From NCBI GenBank assembly GCA_034530615.2, contig JAVRCV020000015.1:64001-128000 (forward strand): DNA of 64,000 nucleotides, given 5' to 3'. Under the pieces are notes generated by a model. The model searched no databases, was not told where the DNA came from, and saw nothing but the letters and a program-made list of their open reading frames with translations. Below, piece after piece: positions 1 to 10,963 of the stretch; position 1 is the stretch's first letter; each line of letters begins with the position of its first letter. The DNA comes from Aulosira sp. ZfuVER01 (lineage in GTDB: Bacteria; Cyanobacteriota; Cyanobacteriia; Cyanobacteriales; Nostocaceae). The position numbers were made by a program, and so were the translations under genes.

Positions 1-2
1 TC

Positions 3-1232
3 CACTTTACTAGTTTTCTAAAAAGTATTTTTGAAATCTGCCGCATCAAATCTGAGCAAAAAGAAATTGCTTTTACTTACCAAGAACTGAATCAACTTCC
101 CACTGCTGTATTAGCTGATGAAAAACGTTTGCGCCAAGTGCTGCTGAACTTATTAAGTAACGCAATTAAATTTACAGATTGCGGTGAAGTCAGATTCAAA
201 ATAGGTGTGTTGGATAATACGCTCAATTTTGATGATTCTTTAACTCAGGTAACAGAGGAGGCTGTAGGTAATAGGCAAAAAGAAGAATTACCTATAATGA
301 AAATTAGATTTCAAATTGAGGATACAGGCGTTGGCATGAGTCCAGAGCAATTACAAAAGATATTTCTACCCTTTGAACAGGTGGGAAGTAAGCAGCGAAT
401 GGCAGAGGGAACTGGACTCGGACTCGCTATCAGCCAGCAAATTGTGCAAATGATGGGCAGTGAAATCAAAGTAGAAAGTACTTTGAGCCAAGGTAGCAAG
501 TTTTGGTTCGATGTGGATTTACAAGGATCACAGCAATGGGTTAATTCAACTTCTAGTAAGCCTACTCATAAAATTGTTGGCTATGAAGGGAATTCAATCA
601 AGGTTCTGGTTGTTGATGACCGTTGGGAAAATCGCTCTGTAATTGTTAATCTGTTAGAACCCCTAGGTTTTCTACTCATGGAAGCAGTTAACGGACAAGA
701 AGGATTAGAAAAAGCCCTTGCTTGGCACCCGGAGTTAATTATCACTGACATAGTTATGCCTATACTCAATAGTTGGGAGATGGTACAAAATTTGCGTTCC
801 CAACCACAATTTTCAAAACTTATTATTATTGCTTCTTCTGCCAATGTATTTAACTTTGACCAACAACAAAGTTATAATTTTTGCTGCAATGATTTTCTTC
901 CCAAGCCTGTGCAATCAGAGCAACTATTAGCCCAGATTCAAATGCATTTAGGCCTAACTTGGATTTATCAAGCAGATAGTGCAACTGTCCCAGCACTAGC
1001 AGCAGAGAATGCTGTTAGTAATATTGATTGCGAGTTCATGGTTCCTCCTCAAGAGGAATTACAAAATATATGGACTGCCGCCACTATTGGCGATATTGCA
1101 GCAGTTGAACAGGAAGCGCAAAGATTACAGCAGTTAGATATTAAATATCTAGGCTTTACCGCCAAGCTTTTAGAACTCACTCAAAATCTAGATGAAGAAG
1201 CCATTCTTAAGTTAGTGAAAAAATATATTTGA
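3..1232 (+). CDS. Hybrid sensor histidine kinase (HATPase + receiver), 5'-truncated by window edge
   Basis: Frame is open from base 3 (HFTSFLKSIFEICRIK...ADEKRLRQVLLNLLSNAIKFT). N, G1 (DTGVG), F and G2 (GTGLGL) boxes present; C-terminal receiver VLVVDD...D...KP. Confidence 0.9.
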   Translation, partial: HFTSFLKSIFEICRIKSEQKEIAFTYQELNQLPTAVLADEKRLRQVLLNLLSNAIKFTDCGEVRFKIGVLDNTLNFDDSLTQVTEEAVGNRQKEELPIMKIRFQIEDTGVGMSPEQLQKIFLPFEQVGSKQRMAEGTGLGLAISQQIVQMMGSEIKVESTLSQGSKFWFDVDLQGSQQWVNSTSSKPTHKIVGYEGNSIKVLVVDDRWENRSVIVNLLEPLGFLLMEAVNGQEGLEKALAWHPELIITDIVMPILNSWEMVQNLRSQPQFSKLIIIASSANVFNFDQQQSYNFCCNDFLPKPVQSEQLLAQIQMHLGLTWIYQADSATVPALAAENAVSNIDCEFMVPPQEELQNIWTAATIGDIAAVEQEAQRLQQLDIKYLGFTAKLLELTQNLDEEAILKLVKKYI

Positions 1233-1243
1233 AAACCTTAAAT

Positions 1244-2533
1244 ATGGTTAATGATAAACAAAGTCTCATCATGATTGTTGAGGATAACCCAACAAATGCC
1301 AAGCTACTATTTGAATTTTTACAAATATCAGGTTTTCGCGTTTTAGTTGCAAAAAGTGGCGAGAGTGCTTTAGAAAAATTACAAGTAGTATCTCCTGACC
1401 TCATATTATTAGATATTATGATGCCGGGAATTGATGGATTTGAAACTTGCCGTCGCTTAAAAGCAGAAAAAGCTACCCAAGACATCCCAATTATTTTTAT
1501 GACGGCTCTATCAGATGTGGTAGATAAAGTAAAAGGTCTAACTCTTGGTGCAGTAGATTACATTACTAAGCCATTTCAGCCAGAAGATATACTTGCTCGA
1601 GTTAATGTTCATCTAAAGCTGTGTCACCTCAACCAAAAGTTAGAACAACGAGCAGTAGAACTCACTACTACTGTGGAGCAGCTACAACAGTCTCAGCGGC
1701 GGTTAGTGCAGAGTGAAAAAATGTCTTCTTTGGGACAAATGGTAGCAGGAATTGCTCATGAAATTAATAACCCTGCTGGCTTTGTTAAAGGTAATCTCGG
1801 TTATGCTCATAAATATATACAAGACCTGATCGATCATATTTATCTGTATCAAAATCAAGCTTCAGCAGCAGAAATCGCTCAACATGCAACAAAAATTGAT
1901 TTGGAATATCTCCTGAAAGACTTTCCGCATATCCTCACTTCAATGCATGAAGGAGTAGAGAGGATCTGCGATATTAGTACTTCTCTACGTACCTTTGCCC
2001 GTGCTGATAACACGGTGAAAATTCCTTTTAATATTCATGATGGTATCGATAGTACTATTTTAATTCTCAAGCATAGATTGAAAGCTTCTAATACTCGCCC
2101 AGCTATTGAAGTTATCCGAGATTACGATAATTTACCAGAAGTAGAATGCTTTCCTGGACAATTAAATCAGGTATTTATGAATCTCTTGGCTAATGCTATT
2201 GATGCTTTAGAGGAATCTAATATAGGGCGTAGCTATCAAGAAATAGCAGCTAATCCCAATTACATTATCATTCAAACTAAGTTAACTGAAGATCAAAATC
2301 ATGTATTAATTATTATTAAAGATAATGGATTGGGTATCCCAGATGCCATAAAATCCCAAATATTTGATAACTTATTTACAACTAAAGCTGTAGGAAAAGG
2401 TACAGGGTTGGGGTTATCAATTACTCATCAAATCATAGTAGAGAAGCATGAGGGCAGTATAGAGGTCAATTCGATACCAGGTGCAGGTGCAGAATTTGTG
2501 ATTACTCTCCCTATAGATTCTAAATTCAGGTAA
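1244..2533 (+). CDS. Receiver domain-histidine kinase hybrid
   Basis: N-terminal REC (IVEDN, LLDIMMP, KPF), H-box AGIAHEINNP, QVFMNLLANAIDA, GKGTGLGL. ATG at 1244 preferred over TTG at 1229. Confidence 0.9.
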   Translation: MVNDKQSLIMIVEDNPTNAKLLFEFLQISGFRVLVAKSGESALEKLQVVSPDLILLDIMMPGIDGFETCRRLKAEKATQDIPIIFMTALSDVVDKVKGLTLGAVDYITKPFQPEDILARVNVHLKLCHLNQKLEQRAVELTTTVEQLQQSQRRLVQSEKMSSLGQMVAGIAHEINNPAGFVKGNLGYAHKYIQDLIDHIYLYQNQASAAEIAQHATKIDLEYLLKDFPHILTSMHEGVERICDISTSLRTFARADNTVKIPFNIHDGIDSTILILKHRLKASNTRPAIEVIRDYDNLPEVECFPGQLNQVFMNLLANAIDALEESNIGRSYQEIAANPNYIIIQTKLTEDQNHVLIIIKDNGLGIPDAIKSQIFDNLFTTKAVGKGTGLGLSITHQIIVEKHEGSIEVNSIPGAGAEFVITLPIDSKFR

Positions 2534-2566
2534 TAGGTAATTGAAAATAGCAATTACCTATTACCT
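2528..2566. terminator. Perfect 16-bp hairpin between convergent genes, probable bidirectional terminator
   Basis: AGGTAATAGGTAATTG-aaaatag-CAATTACCTATTACCT at the junction of the kinase and ndhB stops. Confidence 0.65.
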
Positions 2567-2575
2567 AAGAGTAAT

Positions 2576-4138
2576 TTACAATCCGTCTGGATGTTCGGTA
2601 TTCACAACACTTGCCTGAGTACTAACAACTTTAGTTGCTTGCAATATAGCAGTATTTGCAACTGAATTATTAGCTAAGGTAAACAGGGGATTTGACAAAA
2701 TCCCGGCAATAGAAGTGGCGATTAAAGTTACTATCAACCCCACCTGCAAAGGTCTAAAGCCAGGTAAATTCCAACTGATTGCGGGATAGTTCTTCACAAC
2801 GTCAGACATTTCTTGGGGTTCTTTTACCACCATCATCTTAACTACGCGAATGTAGTAGTAGATGGAGACAACGCTGGTAACTAAGCCTAACAAGACTAAC
2901 CAGTAAAGACCTGCTTGCCAACCTGCCCAGAACAAGTAAATTTTGCCAAAAAACCCAGCTAGTGGCGGAATACCACCTAAAGACAGAAGGGAGATACTCA
3001 AGCCTAATGTCAGAAGTGGGTCTTTTTGATACAAACCAGAGTATTCGGCAATCTGGTCGGTTCCGGTTCTTAGGGAGAACAGAATGATGCAGGTAAAGCC
3101 GCACAAGTTCATGAACAAATAGACCAGTAAGTAAAAAATCATACTGGCATATCCGGCTTCAGTATCAGCAATCAAGCCAATCATCACAAACCCAGCTTGG
3201 GCAATGGATGAATAAGCTAGCATTCGTTTCATGCTGGTTTGTGCTAGGGCAACTACGTTACCCAACACCATACTGAGAACTGCAAGGGCAGTGAAGACGA
3301 ATTTCCATTCCTCGGCAACTAAGGGGAAGACTGTGGTTAGTAAGCGGATAGCTAGGGCAAAACCTGCTGCTTTGGAACCTACAGATAAAAAGGCAATCAC
3401 TGGGGTGGGAGCGCCTTCGTAAACGTCGGGAGTCCATTGGTGGAAGGGTGCAGCAGAAATTTTGAAGCCAATCCCGGCAATCACAAACACCAGAGCAATC
3501 ACTATACCTAATGATTGACCAATATGAGCTGCGGCAATGCCATTAGCGATCGCACTTAGTTCTGTTTGTCCACCCGATAAGCCGTACAGCAGCGACACGC
3601 CATATAAAAATACTGCTGTGCTGGAAGCTCCAATCAACAGATATTTCAGTGCTGCTTCATTAGAGCGTGGGTCACGCTTGGTATAACCTGTTAACAAATA
3701 AGAGGAAATACTCAGGGTTTCTAGGGAGATGAAAATCATCACTAACTCGCTAGCCCCGGATAAAAACATTCCTCCTAGGGTAGCAGTTAACAAAATCGCG
3801 ATGAACTCGGCTAAAGCAGTGCCACTCTGCTCCACGTAGCGAATGGACATCAAGATGGTGACAGCAGCAGACAAGGCAATGATACCGCGAAAGATGATAC
3901 TGAGGTCATCACCATTAAAGCCACCACTAAAGGAGATGGGATTGGTAGCATCCCATTGAAAATACAGGGCGACAATCGCAGCAAGTAAACCTGCGATCGC
4001 TAGATACCCAATCCAGCGTGAAGATGTACGCCCTAAAATCAAATCAACAATCAAAACCCCCAAGAGGGTGAGAATGACAATCCCCTCTGGCAAAATTGTT
4101 CCAGCATTTAACTGGGATGCAAGATTAGCAAAATCCAT
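2576..4138 (-). CDS. ndhB: NAD(P)H-quinone oxidoreductase subunit 2 (NDH-1 NdhB)
   Basis: Polytopic membrane protein with [51 protein letters not shown]. Confidence 0.97.
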   Translation of the reverse strand: MDFANLASQLNAGTILPEGIVILTLLGVLIVDLILGRTSSRWIGYLAIAGLLAAIVALYFQWDATNPISFSGGFNGDDLSIIFRGIIALSAAVTILMSIRYVEQSGTALAEFIAILLTATLGGMFLSGASELVMIFISLETLSISSYLLTGYTKRDPRSNEAALKYLLIGASSTAVFLYGVSLLYGLSGGQTELSAIANGIAAAHIGQSLGIVIALVFVIAGIGFKISAAPFHQWTPDVYEGAPTPVIAFLSVGSKAAGFALAIRLLTTVFPLVAEEWKFVFTALAVLSMVLGNVVALAQTSMKRMLAYSSIAQAGFVMIGLIADTEAGYASMIFYLLVYLFMNLCGFTCIILFSLRTGTDQIAEYSGLYQKDPLLTLGLSISLLSLGGIPPLAGFFGKIYLFWAGWQAGLYWLVLLGLVTSVVSIYYYIRVVKMMVVKEPQEMSDVVKNYPAISWNLPGFRPLQVGLIVTLIATSIAGILSNPLFTLANNSVANTAILQATKVVSTQASVVNTEHPDGL

Positions 4139-4401
4139 GAGTTGTATAGGTTTTGGCGATTAGACATCAAGGCTAACTTTGTTCATTCTATCTATTGTTC
4201 TGAACTAAAGTTCCATAAACCTTTCTGTCTGTTTCCATAGATTAGCCTCTTCTCAGCAGACATCCCTAAGATCGTGTGGATTGAACTGGTATATTTGCAA
4301 CCTGTCATTGCGAGCAGAGCGTAGACGCGGAGCGGCTTCTCGAAGAGTAGTAATGATGTTTTCTCAGCGATCGAGCGAACACGATCTCATTTATGGAAAA
4401 A

Positions 4402-4472
4402 TAAGCAGTTCAAATATATAGCTGAACTGCTTAATATTTAAACAAGCAGTCCAGTAAGTTACTGAATCTGCT
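4402..4472 (-). terminator. Two related hairpins downstream of rbp
   Basis: TAAGCAGTTCA...TGAACTGCTTA (4402-4433) and AGCAGtcCAGTAAgTTACTGaatCTGCT (4445-4472). Confidence 0.45.
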
Positions 4473-4539
4473 AATTATGGGATAATTTTTGTTTAGCTAA
4501 TGCTTTTTATAGCTTTGCCTTGATGAATAGCTTCTAGAC

Positions 4540-4851
4540 TTAATAACGTCGTGAGTATCCACTGGCATTTCTTCCCCAATTGCCACCGCCAGAGCGAGTA
4601 CTTTTCTCCTCCCGTGGTCTAGCTTTGTTAACTTTCATTACACGCCCCATCCATTCGGCACCATCCAGAGCTTGAATAGCTGCATCTTCGGCGGCTGATG
4701 ACTCCATTTCCACGAAACCAAAGCCCCGTGCGCGGCCAGTTTCCCGATCTGTGGGTAATTGAACTCGCTTTACAGTACCGTACTCAGAAAATACCTTGGT
4801 GAGGTCGTCTTGTGTGACGCTGTAGGATAGGTTCCCTACGTAGATAGACAT
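4540..4851 (-). CDS. rbp: RRM RNA-binding protein (cyanobacterial Rbp family) with short Gly-rich tail
   Basis: RNP2 IYVGNL, RNP1 RGFGFVEM, KVNKARPRE, tail SGGGNWG..YSRRY. Confidence 0.95.
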   Translation of the reverse strand: MSIYVGNLSYSVTQDDLTKVFSEYGTVKRVQLPTDRETGRARGFGFVEMESSAAEDAAIQALDGAEWMGRVMKVNKARPREEKSTRSGGGNWGRNASGYSRRY

Positions 4852-4940
4852 GAAACTCTCCAGAATCCATTGATGCAGAGATGCTTATCCGGAGAGCCGC
4901 TTGCAATTATTACTAAAAACAAGATTCGTATCACCGAATT
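4852..4940 (-). promoter_or_regulatory. Conserved rbp 5'-UTR boxes (cold-regulated rbp-type leader)
   Basis: Minus strand carries TTCGGTGA (4931-4938), CTTGTTTTTAGT (4912-4923), TCTCCGGA (4888-4895) and TTCTGGAGA at the RBS. These resemble the TTCGGYGA, TTTGTTTNNAGT, TCTCCGAA and TTCGGAGA boxes known from Anabaena rbp leaders (from memory). Confidence 0.65.
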
Positions 4941-5062
4941 TAACTTCTCCAATTTTATGCTAACACAACTTTTCTCTAGGAAGGTTATCAATCTTATCTA
5001 TAAGTCATAATGTGTGCTAAGATACGTTTTTTTATTATTTAGACTACTATATTTACCCGTCT

Positions 5063-6304
5063 TCAGGTTTGGATAGAAAATTCTTCTGGAGCAATTCCCC
5101 AATTCACCCAACAAATAGCCTCATGTGCTGATTTCATTTCTGGTGGAACTCGCAAAGCGTGGATGAATCCAGTACTGGGACAAGTCATTTTTAATAAGTA
5201 AATTGCTTCTTCATCAACATCAGCATCAATTTTTAACAGCGTATATTCTGCCCAAGTATCTAATTCAATAGCTTGTAATTCTTGGCAAATTCGGGCATAA
5301 CCAATACCTTGAATTAACACTCGCCGCAGTTCGGCATTTTCCTCTGTTAACAACCATTGCGCTTGCCATTGCTGCGGGTGAACTTTACCGTATTTTTCAG
5401 GTAAGGTGACACCATGATAAGAATAGAGGCTAAATCCATCCGCATACTCTATTGCAGGTTCACCTTCTGCGTGGAGGCGATTTTGATTATCGAAGCGGAG
5501 ATGAAGCGGGCGATCGCATATAATTGCAGCTTTATCAAAAGCAAAAATCCATCCGCACTCTTTAATTAAAGATTGATATATTAACCATTCTTGGAAAATC
5601 TCAGAAAACAATACACAAGCGATAATAAAATCCCTCGAACTATTAATTTTACACTCTTCTTCTGGCTGAAAAGATTGACAAAATAAATTATTTATTTGAG
5701 AGTATAAACAGGCATGGAAAGAAGATGATAGACGACTTCCGAGTTGTAGGTTTATTTGTTGCCAATCTTCACTTTGTAGTTGTTCCTTCAGATATATTTT
5801 AATGTATTCTTCCAGTACCCAATTTAGCCTAAAACCTATAATGTCTGAAAAATTGTTATCCAATTTACTATACAACAGTTCATCGTATAGGTCTTCATCG
5901 AATTTGATATTCTGAAAAACTTGAGCATATATTGAACAACTCAAATCAGTAAAGAACGAAGTTTGTCTTCCCAATTGCTCTAGTGGCTTTTCTAGCAACT
6001 CCCGTTGTAGACTTTTGAGTTTACTAATTGATGAATTATTTACTTGGCTAACAACTTTGTTATTTAATTCCTGCTTCAAGTAATCAAGCTTGTCAACAAT
6101 AATAGATTTTATAGCTACATAAGGACTTTCATAAAAAATAATGTTAGGAGCATTCTTACCAATTGCTATATAGGCTGCTTTTACTGCTTCCGCAGCTTTT
6201 TTACGATCCATTCGCTCAGTTGAAAGTGCAATCTTTTGCCATTTTTCCCGATAAACTGGAATTAAAGCTTCTTGTTGGGACGTTAACTTTTCAATCAGCG
6301 ACAT
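5063..6304 (-). CDS. DUF6745-type hypothetical protein
   Basis: N-terminal W..IALST.R.DR..A..AV..AY...G...P...ESP. C-terminal CGW...ICDRP..LRFD.QNRLHAEGEPAIEYADG...HGV...NAELRRV...CPSTG..HALRVPP. Confidence 0.75.
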   Translation of the reverse strand: MSLIEKLTSQQEALIPVYREKWQKIALSTERMDRKKAAEAVKAAYIAIGKNAPNIIFYESPYVAIKSIIVDKLDYLKQELNNKVVSQVNNSSISKLKSLQRELLEKPLEQLGRQTSFFTDLSCSIYAQVFQNIKFDEDLYDELLYSKLDNNFSDIIGFRLNWVLEEYIKIYLKEQLQSEDWQQINLQLGSRLSSSFHACLYSQINNLFCQSFQPEEECKINSSRDFIIACVLFSEIFQEWLIYQSLIKECGWIFAFDKAAIICDRPLHLRFDNQNRLHAEGEPAIEYADGFSLYSYHGVTLPEKYGKVHPQQWQAQWLLTEENAELRRVLIQGIGYARICQELQAIELDTWAEYTLLKIDADVDEEAIYLLKMTCPSTGFIHALRVPPEMKSAHEAICWVNWGIAPEEFSIQT

Positions 6305-6584
6305 ATCGCCAACCTTCAGGCTCGTATTCTCTTTGGATTTTCACCATCCAATGACCTTGGGGAATAGCGATCGCTTTATGCTCCTCGTGCGTCAGCAAAG
6401 CTGTTTTAGAATATACACGTAGGTAGAGAGTGTCATTGTTTAAGAATAATTTTGCCTCACCCTCAGTAATCCGATGCTTGTGCCCAGTTACCTCTCCTTC
6501 AGCCAAAGTCAAGTGAGGTATCTTTTCTCCTTCAACTTGCTGCACAGGTTGTAGAATGACATCACCTTGACGAATTGCTTGCAT
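6291..6584 (-). CDS. Small His-rich hypothetical protein, partner of DUF6745
   Basis: RQGDV, LAEGEVTGHKH, THEEH, QREY motifs. 14-bp overlap with the downstream gene; AGAGG RBS. Confidence 0.8.
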   Translation of the reverse strand: MQAIRQGDVILQPVQQVEGEKIPHLTLAEGEVTGHKHRITEGEAKLFLNNDTLYLRVYSKTALLTHEEHKAIAIPQGHWMVKIQREYEPEGWRYVAD

Positions 6585-7040
6585 AACTTTGCCTCTAGGA
6601 TAGGTACAAACCTTACTTGGCTCTCACTTCAAGTTTGATTAAATTTTGGCACAACCTTCGATGGAATGGGGAGATGACGAGGATGACGGGGATAATCATT
6701 TTTCTTGGCTCCCTCATCTTCCCTTTATCCCTCAACACCTTCTTAAAGGAAAACAGGAGGTATCGCTATATTACACTTGGGGGGTATTTTGAAAACTGTA
6801 GTCGCCAATTTTGCTGAGATAAGTTAAAGATTGAAATAGCTGGAAATTCACACCAGGCGTTTTCCTACCTTATTATCTGGAAAGGACTGTGCCGAAACTG
6901 TAGCGGATTTTTATCCTCATGGGCAGTTTGTGTGAAGATAAACTCACATCTCAAAGCGCGACGTTTTATTTTGACATCTCGCAGAAATCGTCCAAATTTG
7001 CCTGTTTAGCTTAACAGCTATTCTTTTTTTTGAAATTTCC

Positions 7041-9716
7041 ATGTCAACTCTCGTCATCGTCGAATCTCCGACCAAAGCTCGCACCATTCGCAACTACCTA
7101 CCATCAGGCTATCGGGTGGAAGCGTCTATGGGTCATGTGCGTGACCTACCCCAATCGGCTAGCGAAATTCCCACTGCTATCAAAGCAGAAAAATGGGCGC
7201 AGTTGGGGGTAAATGTAGACGCCGACTTTGAACCGGTGTATGTTGTCCCGAAAGACAAAAAGAAAGTTGTCACCCAGCTCAAAGATGCTCTCAAAGAAGC
7301 TGATGAGTTAATCCTGGCAACTGACGAAGACCGGGAAGGTGAGAGCATTAGTTGGCATTTATACCAATTGCTCAAGCCGAAAGTACCGACTAAGCGGATG
7401 GTGTTTCATGAAATTACCCAAGACGCCATCAAAAAAGCTTTGAAAAACTGCCGTAATATCGATGAGCAGTTGGTTCGCGCCCAAGAAACGCGACGGATTT
7501 TGGATCGCTTGGTGGGCTACACTCTGTCTCCCTTGCTATGGAAAAAAATTGCCTGGGGACTATCCGCTGGTCGCGTACAATCTGTAGCCGTGAGGCTGTT
7601 GGTTACAAAGGAACGCCAACGCCGCGCCTTTCATGAGGGGACTTATTGGGATTTAAAAGCTTACCTGGAGCAGCAAAAATCTCCGTTTACTGCCCAGTTA
7701 GTAACCTTGGGAGGAACCAAAATAGCAAATGGCGGCGATTTTGACCCAGCCACCGGACAAATCGCGGCTGGTCGCAATGTGGTTTTGCTCACGGAAGCGG
7801 ATGCAGTTGCACTCAAGGAACGCCTCACAGATAAAACCTGGAATGTCTCAGAAGTAGAAGAACGCCCGGTAACACGGAAACCAGCGCCACCGTTTACAAC
7901 CTCAACGCTGCAACAAGAATCCAACCGGAAATTGCGCCTCTCAGCCCGAGACACGATGCGGATTGCCCAGAATTTGTACGAGCAAGGGTATATTACCTAT
8001 ATGCGGACAGATTCGGTGCATTTGTCTGACCAAGCGATCGCAGCTGCTCGTAGCTGTGTAGAACAACTTTACGGCAAACAATATCTCAGCCCTCAACCTC
8101 GGCAATACACTACCAAATCCAAAGGCGCACAAGAAGCACACGAAGCAATTCGTCCGGCGGGTAGTACTTTCCGCACGCCTCAAGAAACTGGTTTAGGCGG
8201 ACGGGAACTTGCTGTTTACGACTTAATTTGGAAGCGCACTGTCGCCTGTCAAATGGCTGACTCTCGCCAAACCCAAATTACCGTGCAGTTAAAAGTAGAA
8301 GACGCTGGTTTCCGTGCTTCTGGCAAACGGATTGATTTCCCTGGCTACCTCCGCGCTTATGTAGAAGGTTCCGACGATCCCGAAGCCGCATTAGAAGACC
8401 AGGAAGTCATTTTACCGAGTTTGAAAGTGGGAGATCATCCAGATTGTAAAGACCTGGAAGCGATCGGTCACGAAACTCAACCGCCAGCTAGGTACACAGA
8501 AGCTACCCTGGTGAAAACCTTAGAAAGTGAAGGCATTGGTCGTCCCAGTACCTACGCCAGTATTATTGGCACGATTATCGATAAAGGTTATGCCCAATTA
8601 GTTAATAACGCCCTCATTCCTACCTTTACTGCCTTTGCTGTCACTACCCTCCTAGAAAAACATTTCCCTGATGTGGTCGATCCCAGTTTTACCTCCAAAA
8701 TGGAGCAAACCTTGGATGATATCGCCACAGGGGAAGCTAAATGGCTACCTTACTTACAGAAATTTTATCTGGGAGACAAAGGGCTAGAAACCTTAGTCAA
8801 GGAACAAGAAAGTCAAATTGATGCTAGTAAGGCCAGAACAGTAGAACTGGAAAACTTAGCAGCTAAAGTCCGTATTGGTAAATATGGCCCTTACATCGAA
8901 GTCGAAAACGGTGAAGGTGTTGTCACAGCTTCGATTCCTAAAGACTTAACGCCAGCAGACCTTGACCCCAAACAGGTAGAGGTCATATTGCGGCAAAAAA
9001 CCTCCGGGCCTGACCAACTCGGCCGCCATCCCGAAACCGGCGAACCAATTTATGTGAAAATTGGTGCTTACGGTCCCTATGTCCAATTGGGTGACAAGAC
9101 CGAGGAAAACCCTAAACCCAAACAAGCGTCTTTACCCAAAGGTGTAACGCCAGAAACCGTCACCTTAGACATTGCCATTGGACTGTTGGCATTACCCCGA
9201 ACCTTAGGAGTTCATCCCGAAACTGGCGGGAAAATTCAAGCGAGTTTGGGACGCTTTGGGCCTTACATTGTTCATGACCAAGGTAAGGAAGGAAAAGACT
9301 ACCGTTCCCTCAAAGCTGCTGATAATGTGTTGACAGTTTCTCTAGAACGTGCTTTAGAGTTGTTATCGGAACCGAAAAAGGGGCGCAGTTCCACCAGTAG
9401 CAAGTCCAAGGCGGCCTTACGCGAATTGGGTACACATCCAGACGATGGTACACCAATTAATATCTATGATGGTCCCTACGGGCCTTACATTAAGAATGGT
9501 AAAACTAATGTCAGTATTCCTGAAGGCGAATCTGTGGAAGATATGACATTAGATACAGCACTAAAATTATTGGCTGGCAAAGCATCGTCAGCAAAATCTA
9601 CTCGGAAATCGAGTAAGTCTACAACTTCTAAATCTAAGTCAACTTCCAAGTCAACTTCTAAGTCAAAGTCCAAGGCTTCGACAACAGCTACTAAAAAAAA
9701 TAATGCCGACGATTAA
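7041..9716 (+). CDS. topA: DNA topoisomerase I
   Basis: [34 protein letters not shown] (catalytic Tyr), [17 protein letters not shown]-terminal repeats, K/S-rich tail. Confidence 0.98.
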   Translation: MSTLVIVESPTKARTIRNYLPSGYRVEASMGHVRDLPQSASEIPTAIKAEKWAQLGVNVDADFEPVYVVPKDKKKVVTQLKDALKEADELILATDEDREGESISWHLYQLLKPKVPTKRMVFHEITQDAIKKALKNCRNIDEQLVRAQETRRILDRLVGYTLSPLLWKKIAWGLSAGRVQSVAVRLLVTKERQRRAFHEGTYWDLKAYLEQQKSPFTAQLVTLGGTKIANGGDFDPATGQIAAGRNVVLLTEADAVALKERLTDKTWNVSEVEERPVTRKPAPPFTTSTLQQESNRKLRLSARDTMRIAQNLYEQGYITYMRTDSVHLSDQAIAAARSCVEQLYGKQYLSPQPRQYTTKSKGAQEAHEAIRPAGSTFRTPQETGLGGRELAVYDLIWKRTVACQMADSRQTQITVQLKVEDAGFRASGKRIDFPGYLRAYVEGSDDPEAALEDQEVILPSLKVGDHPDCKDLEAIGHETQPPARYTEATLVKTLESEGIGRPSTYASIIGTIIDKGYAQLVNNALIPTFTAFAVTTLLEKHFPDVVDPSFTSKMEQTLDDIATGEAKWLPYLQKFYLGDKGLETLVKEQESQIDASKARTVELENLAAKVRIGKYGPYIEVENGEGVVTASIPKDLTPADLDPKQVEVILRQKTSGPDQLGRHPETGEPIYVKIGAYGPYVQLGDKTEENPKPKQASLPKGVTPETVTLDIAIGLLALPRTLGVHPETGGKIQASLGRFGPYIVHDQGKEGKDYRSLKAADNVLTVSLERALELLSEPKKGRSSTSSKSKAALRELGTHPDDGTPINIYDGPYGPYIKNGKTNVSIPEGESVEDMTLDTALKLLAGKASSAKSTRKSSKSTTSKSKSTSKSTSKSKSKASTTATKKNNADD

Positions 9717-9805
9717 TTAGAGCCTGTTCCCCTGTGTGTAGTTGTCGGTTGTTTCTCAGCCACTGACGACTTATGCCATTTTGGATTTGAGATTTTAGAT
9801 TTTGC

Positions 9806-9874
9806 GGAAAGTTGAGCCAGTGCGTTGCGGAGGACAGTCTCGTGGGCAGGTTTCCCGACTTGAGCAAACTTTCC
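9806..9874. repeat. Small dispersed palindromic repeat (Nostoc SDR-like), composite
   Basis: GGAAAGTTG...CAAACTTTCC terminal stem with inner GGTTTCCC. Related copies at 19955, 20849 and 28650. Confidence 0.6.
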
Positions 9875-10262
9875 AAGACGGATTGGGGGGAATCCGTCTG
9901 TTGCATTCTGTTTTCAAATTGGTATTAGTATTAACTATTCCAGGCGATCGCAAAATCTAGTCATGAAAGTTGGTATTGGGCACTCACAGGGGTTCATTCC
10001 CCAACAAAATGAAAAAATCCTCCCAAATATCTATATCAGTTGACACTCAGACTAACTAAGTTGGAGGAATGCACGTCTTGTAGTTTACGGATATGATAAT
10101 CTAAGAAGTAAGGCAGATCACAACACAAAATTTGATAAAGTGGATCATCCCCGACATTCGGGAGTGAGATCGGCCTAATAAAAGCCAGAGGTGCGGAAGT
10201 ACGCCAGTTTCTGCGTAGCTGTTAGTCAAAATTGAGGTAGTATCTCAGGAGCAGTCAGTTCA

Positions 10263-10400
10263 ATGGACTATATAGAAAAGGTACTGGAAAAGCTGAAAGA
10301 ATTGGCGCGGAAGCTGATCGAAGCCCTATTAGGGCCAGAGGTTGAGCCGGAACCGGAACTGATTCCGATTCCTGTAGATGAGCGTTCGCGTCGTCGTTAA
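10263..10400 (+). CDS. 45-aa small protein upstream of aroQ (below ORF-track cutoff)
   Basis: ATG...TAA gives MDYIEKVLEKLKELARKLIEALLGPEVEPEPELIPIPVDERSRRR. AGGAG lies 11 nt upstream; stop is 10 nt before the aroQ start. Confidence 0.7.
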   Translation: MDYIEKVLEKLKELARKLIEALLGPEVEPEPELIPIPVDERSRRR

Positions 10401-10410
10401 GAGCTAGAAA

Positions 10411-10878
10411 GTGCCGGACTTGACGTTGCAGCCTTTAAGTATTTTGGTGCTGCATGGGCCAAACCTGAATTTGCTAGGACAGCGAGAACCGGGGATTTAC
10501 GGTTCGTTTACACTGGCTGAAATTAACCACCTGTTAGCAGCAGAAGGACTGAAACTACAGGTGAGTGTTTTTCCTGTGCAGTCAAATCACGAAGGCGTTT
10601 TGGTTGATACTATTCATGAAGCCCTAGGAAAACATCAGGGAATTTTGATTAATGCTGGGGCTTATACGCATACTAGTGTAGCGTTGCGAGATGCGATCGC
10701 GGGTGTGAACCTGCCTACTGTGGAAGTGCATTTGAGCAACATATACCGTAGAGAAGAATTCCGTCATCATTCTTATATAGCACCCATAGCCATCGGGCAA
10801 ATTAGTGGCTTTGGGGTTCAGAGTTACATATTGGGCTTACAAGCATTGGTACATCATTTAAGGAACGATAAAGTATGA
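10411..10878 (+). CDS. aroQ: Type II 3-dehydroquinate dehydratase
   Basis: [55 protein letters not shown]. Confidence 0.97.
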   Translation: MPDLTLQPLSILVLHGPNLNLLGQREPGIYGSFTLAEINHLLAAEGLKLQVSVFPVQSNHEGVLVDTIHEALGKHQGILINAGAYTHTSVALRDAIAGVNLPTVEVHLSNIYRREEFRHHSYIAPIAIGQISGFGVQSYILGLQALVHHLRNDKV

Positions 10879-10963
10879 AGTATGAAGGCTAAAGGTTGGT
10901 GAAATTCTATATTCTTCCTCCCTAATCCTTCATCCTGAAAACTTAACACTTGATCCTTGATGT

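Noticed and set aside
6617..6817. 66-aa ORF with a hydrophobic stretch
   Set aside because: TTG start; runs through an imperfect purine/pyrimidine palindromic repeat in the divergent promoter region.
9590..9700. Short tandem repeats at the topA 3' end
   Set aside because: They encode the ordinary Lys/Ser-rich basic tail of cyanobacterial TopA.
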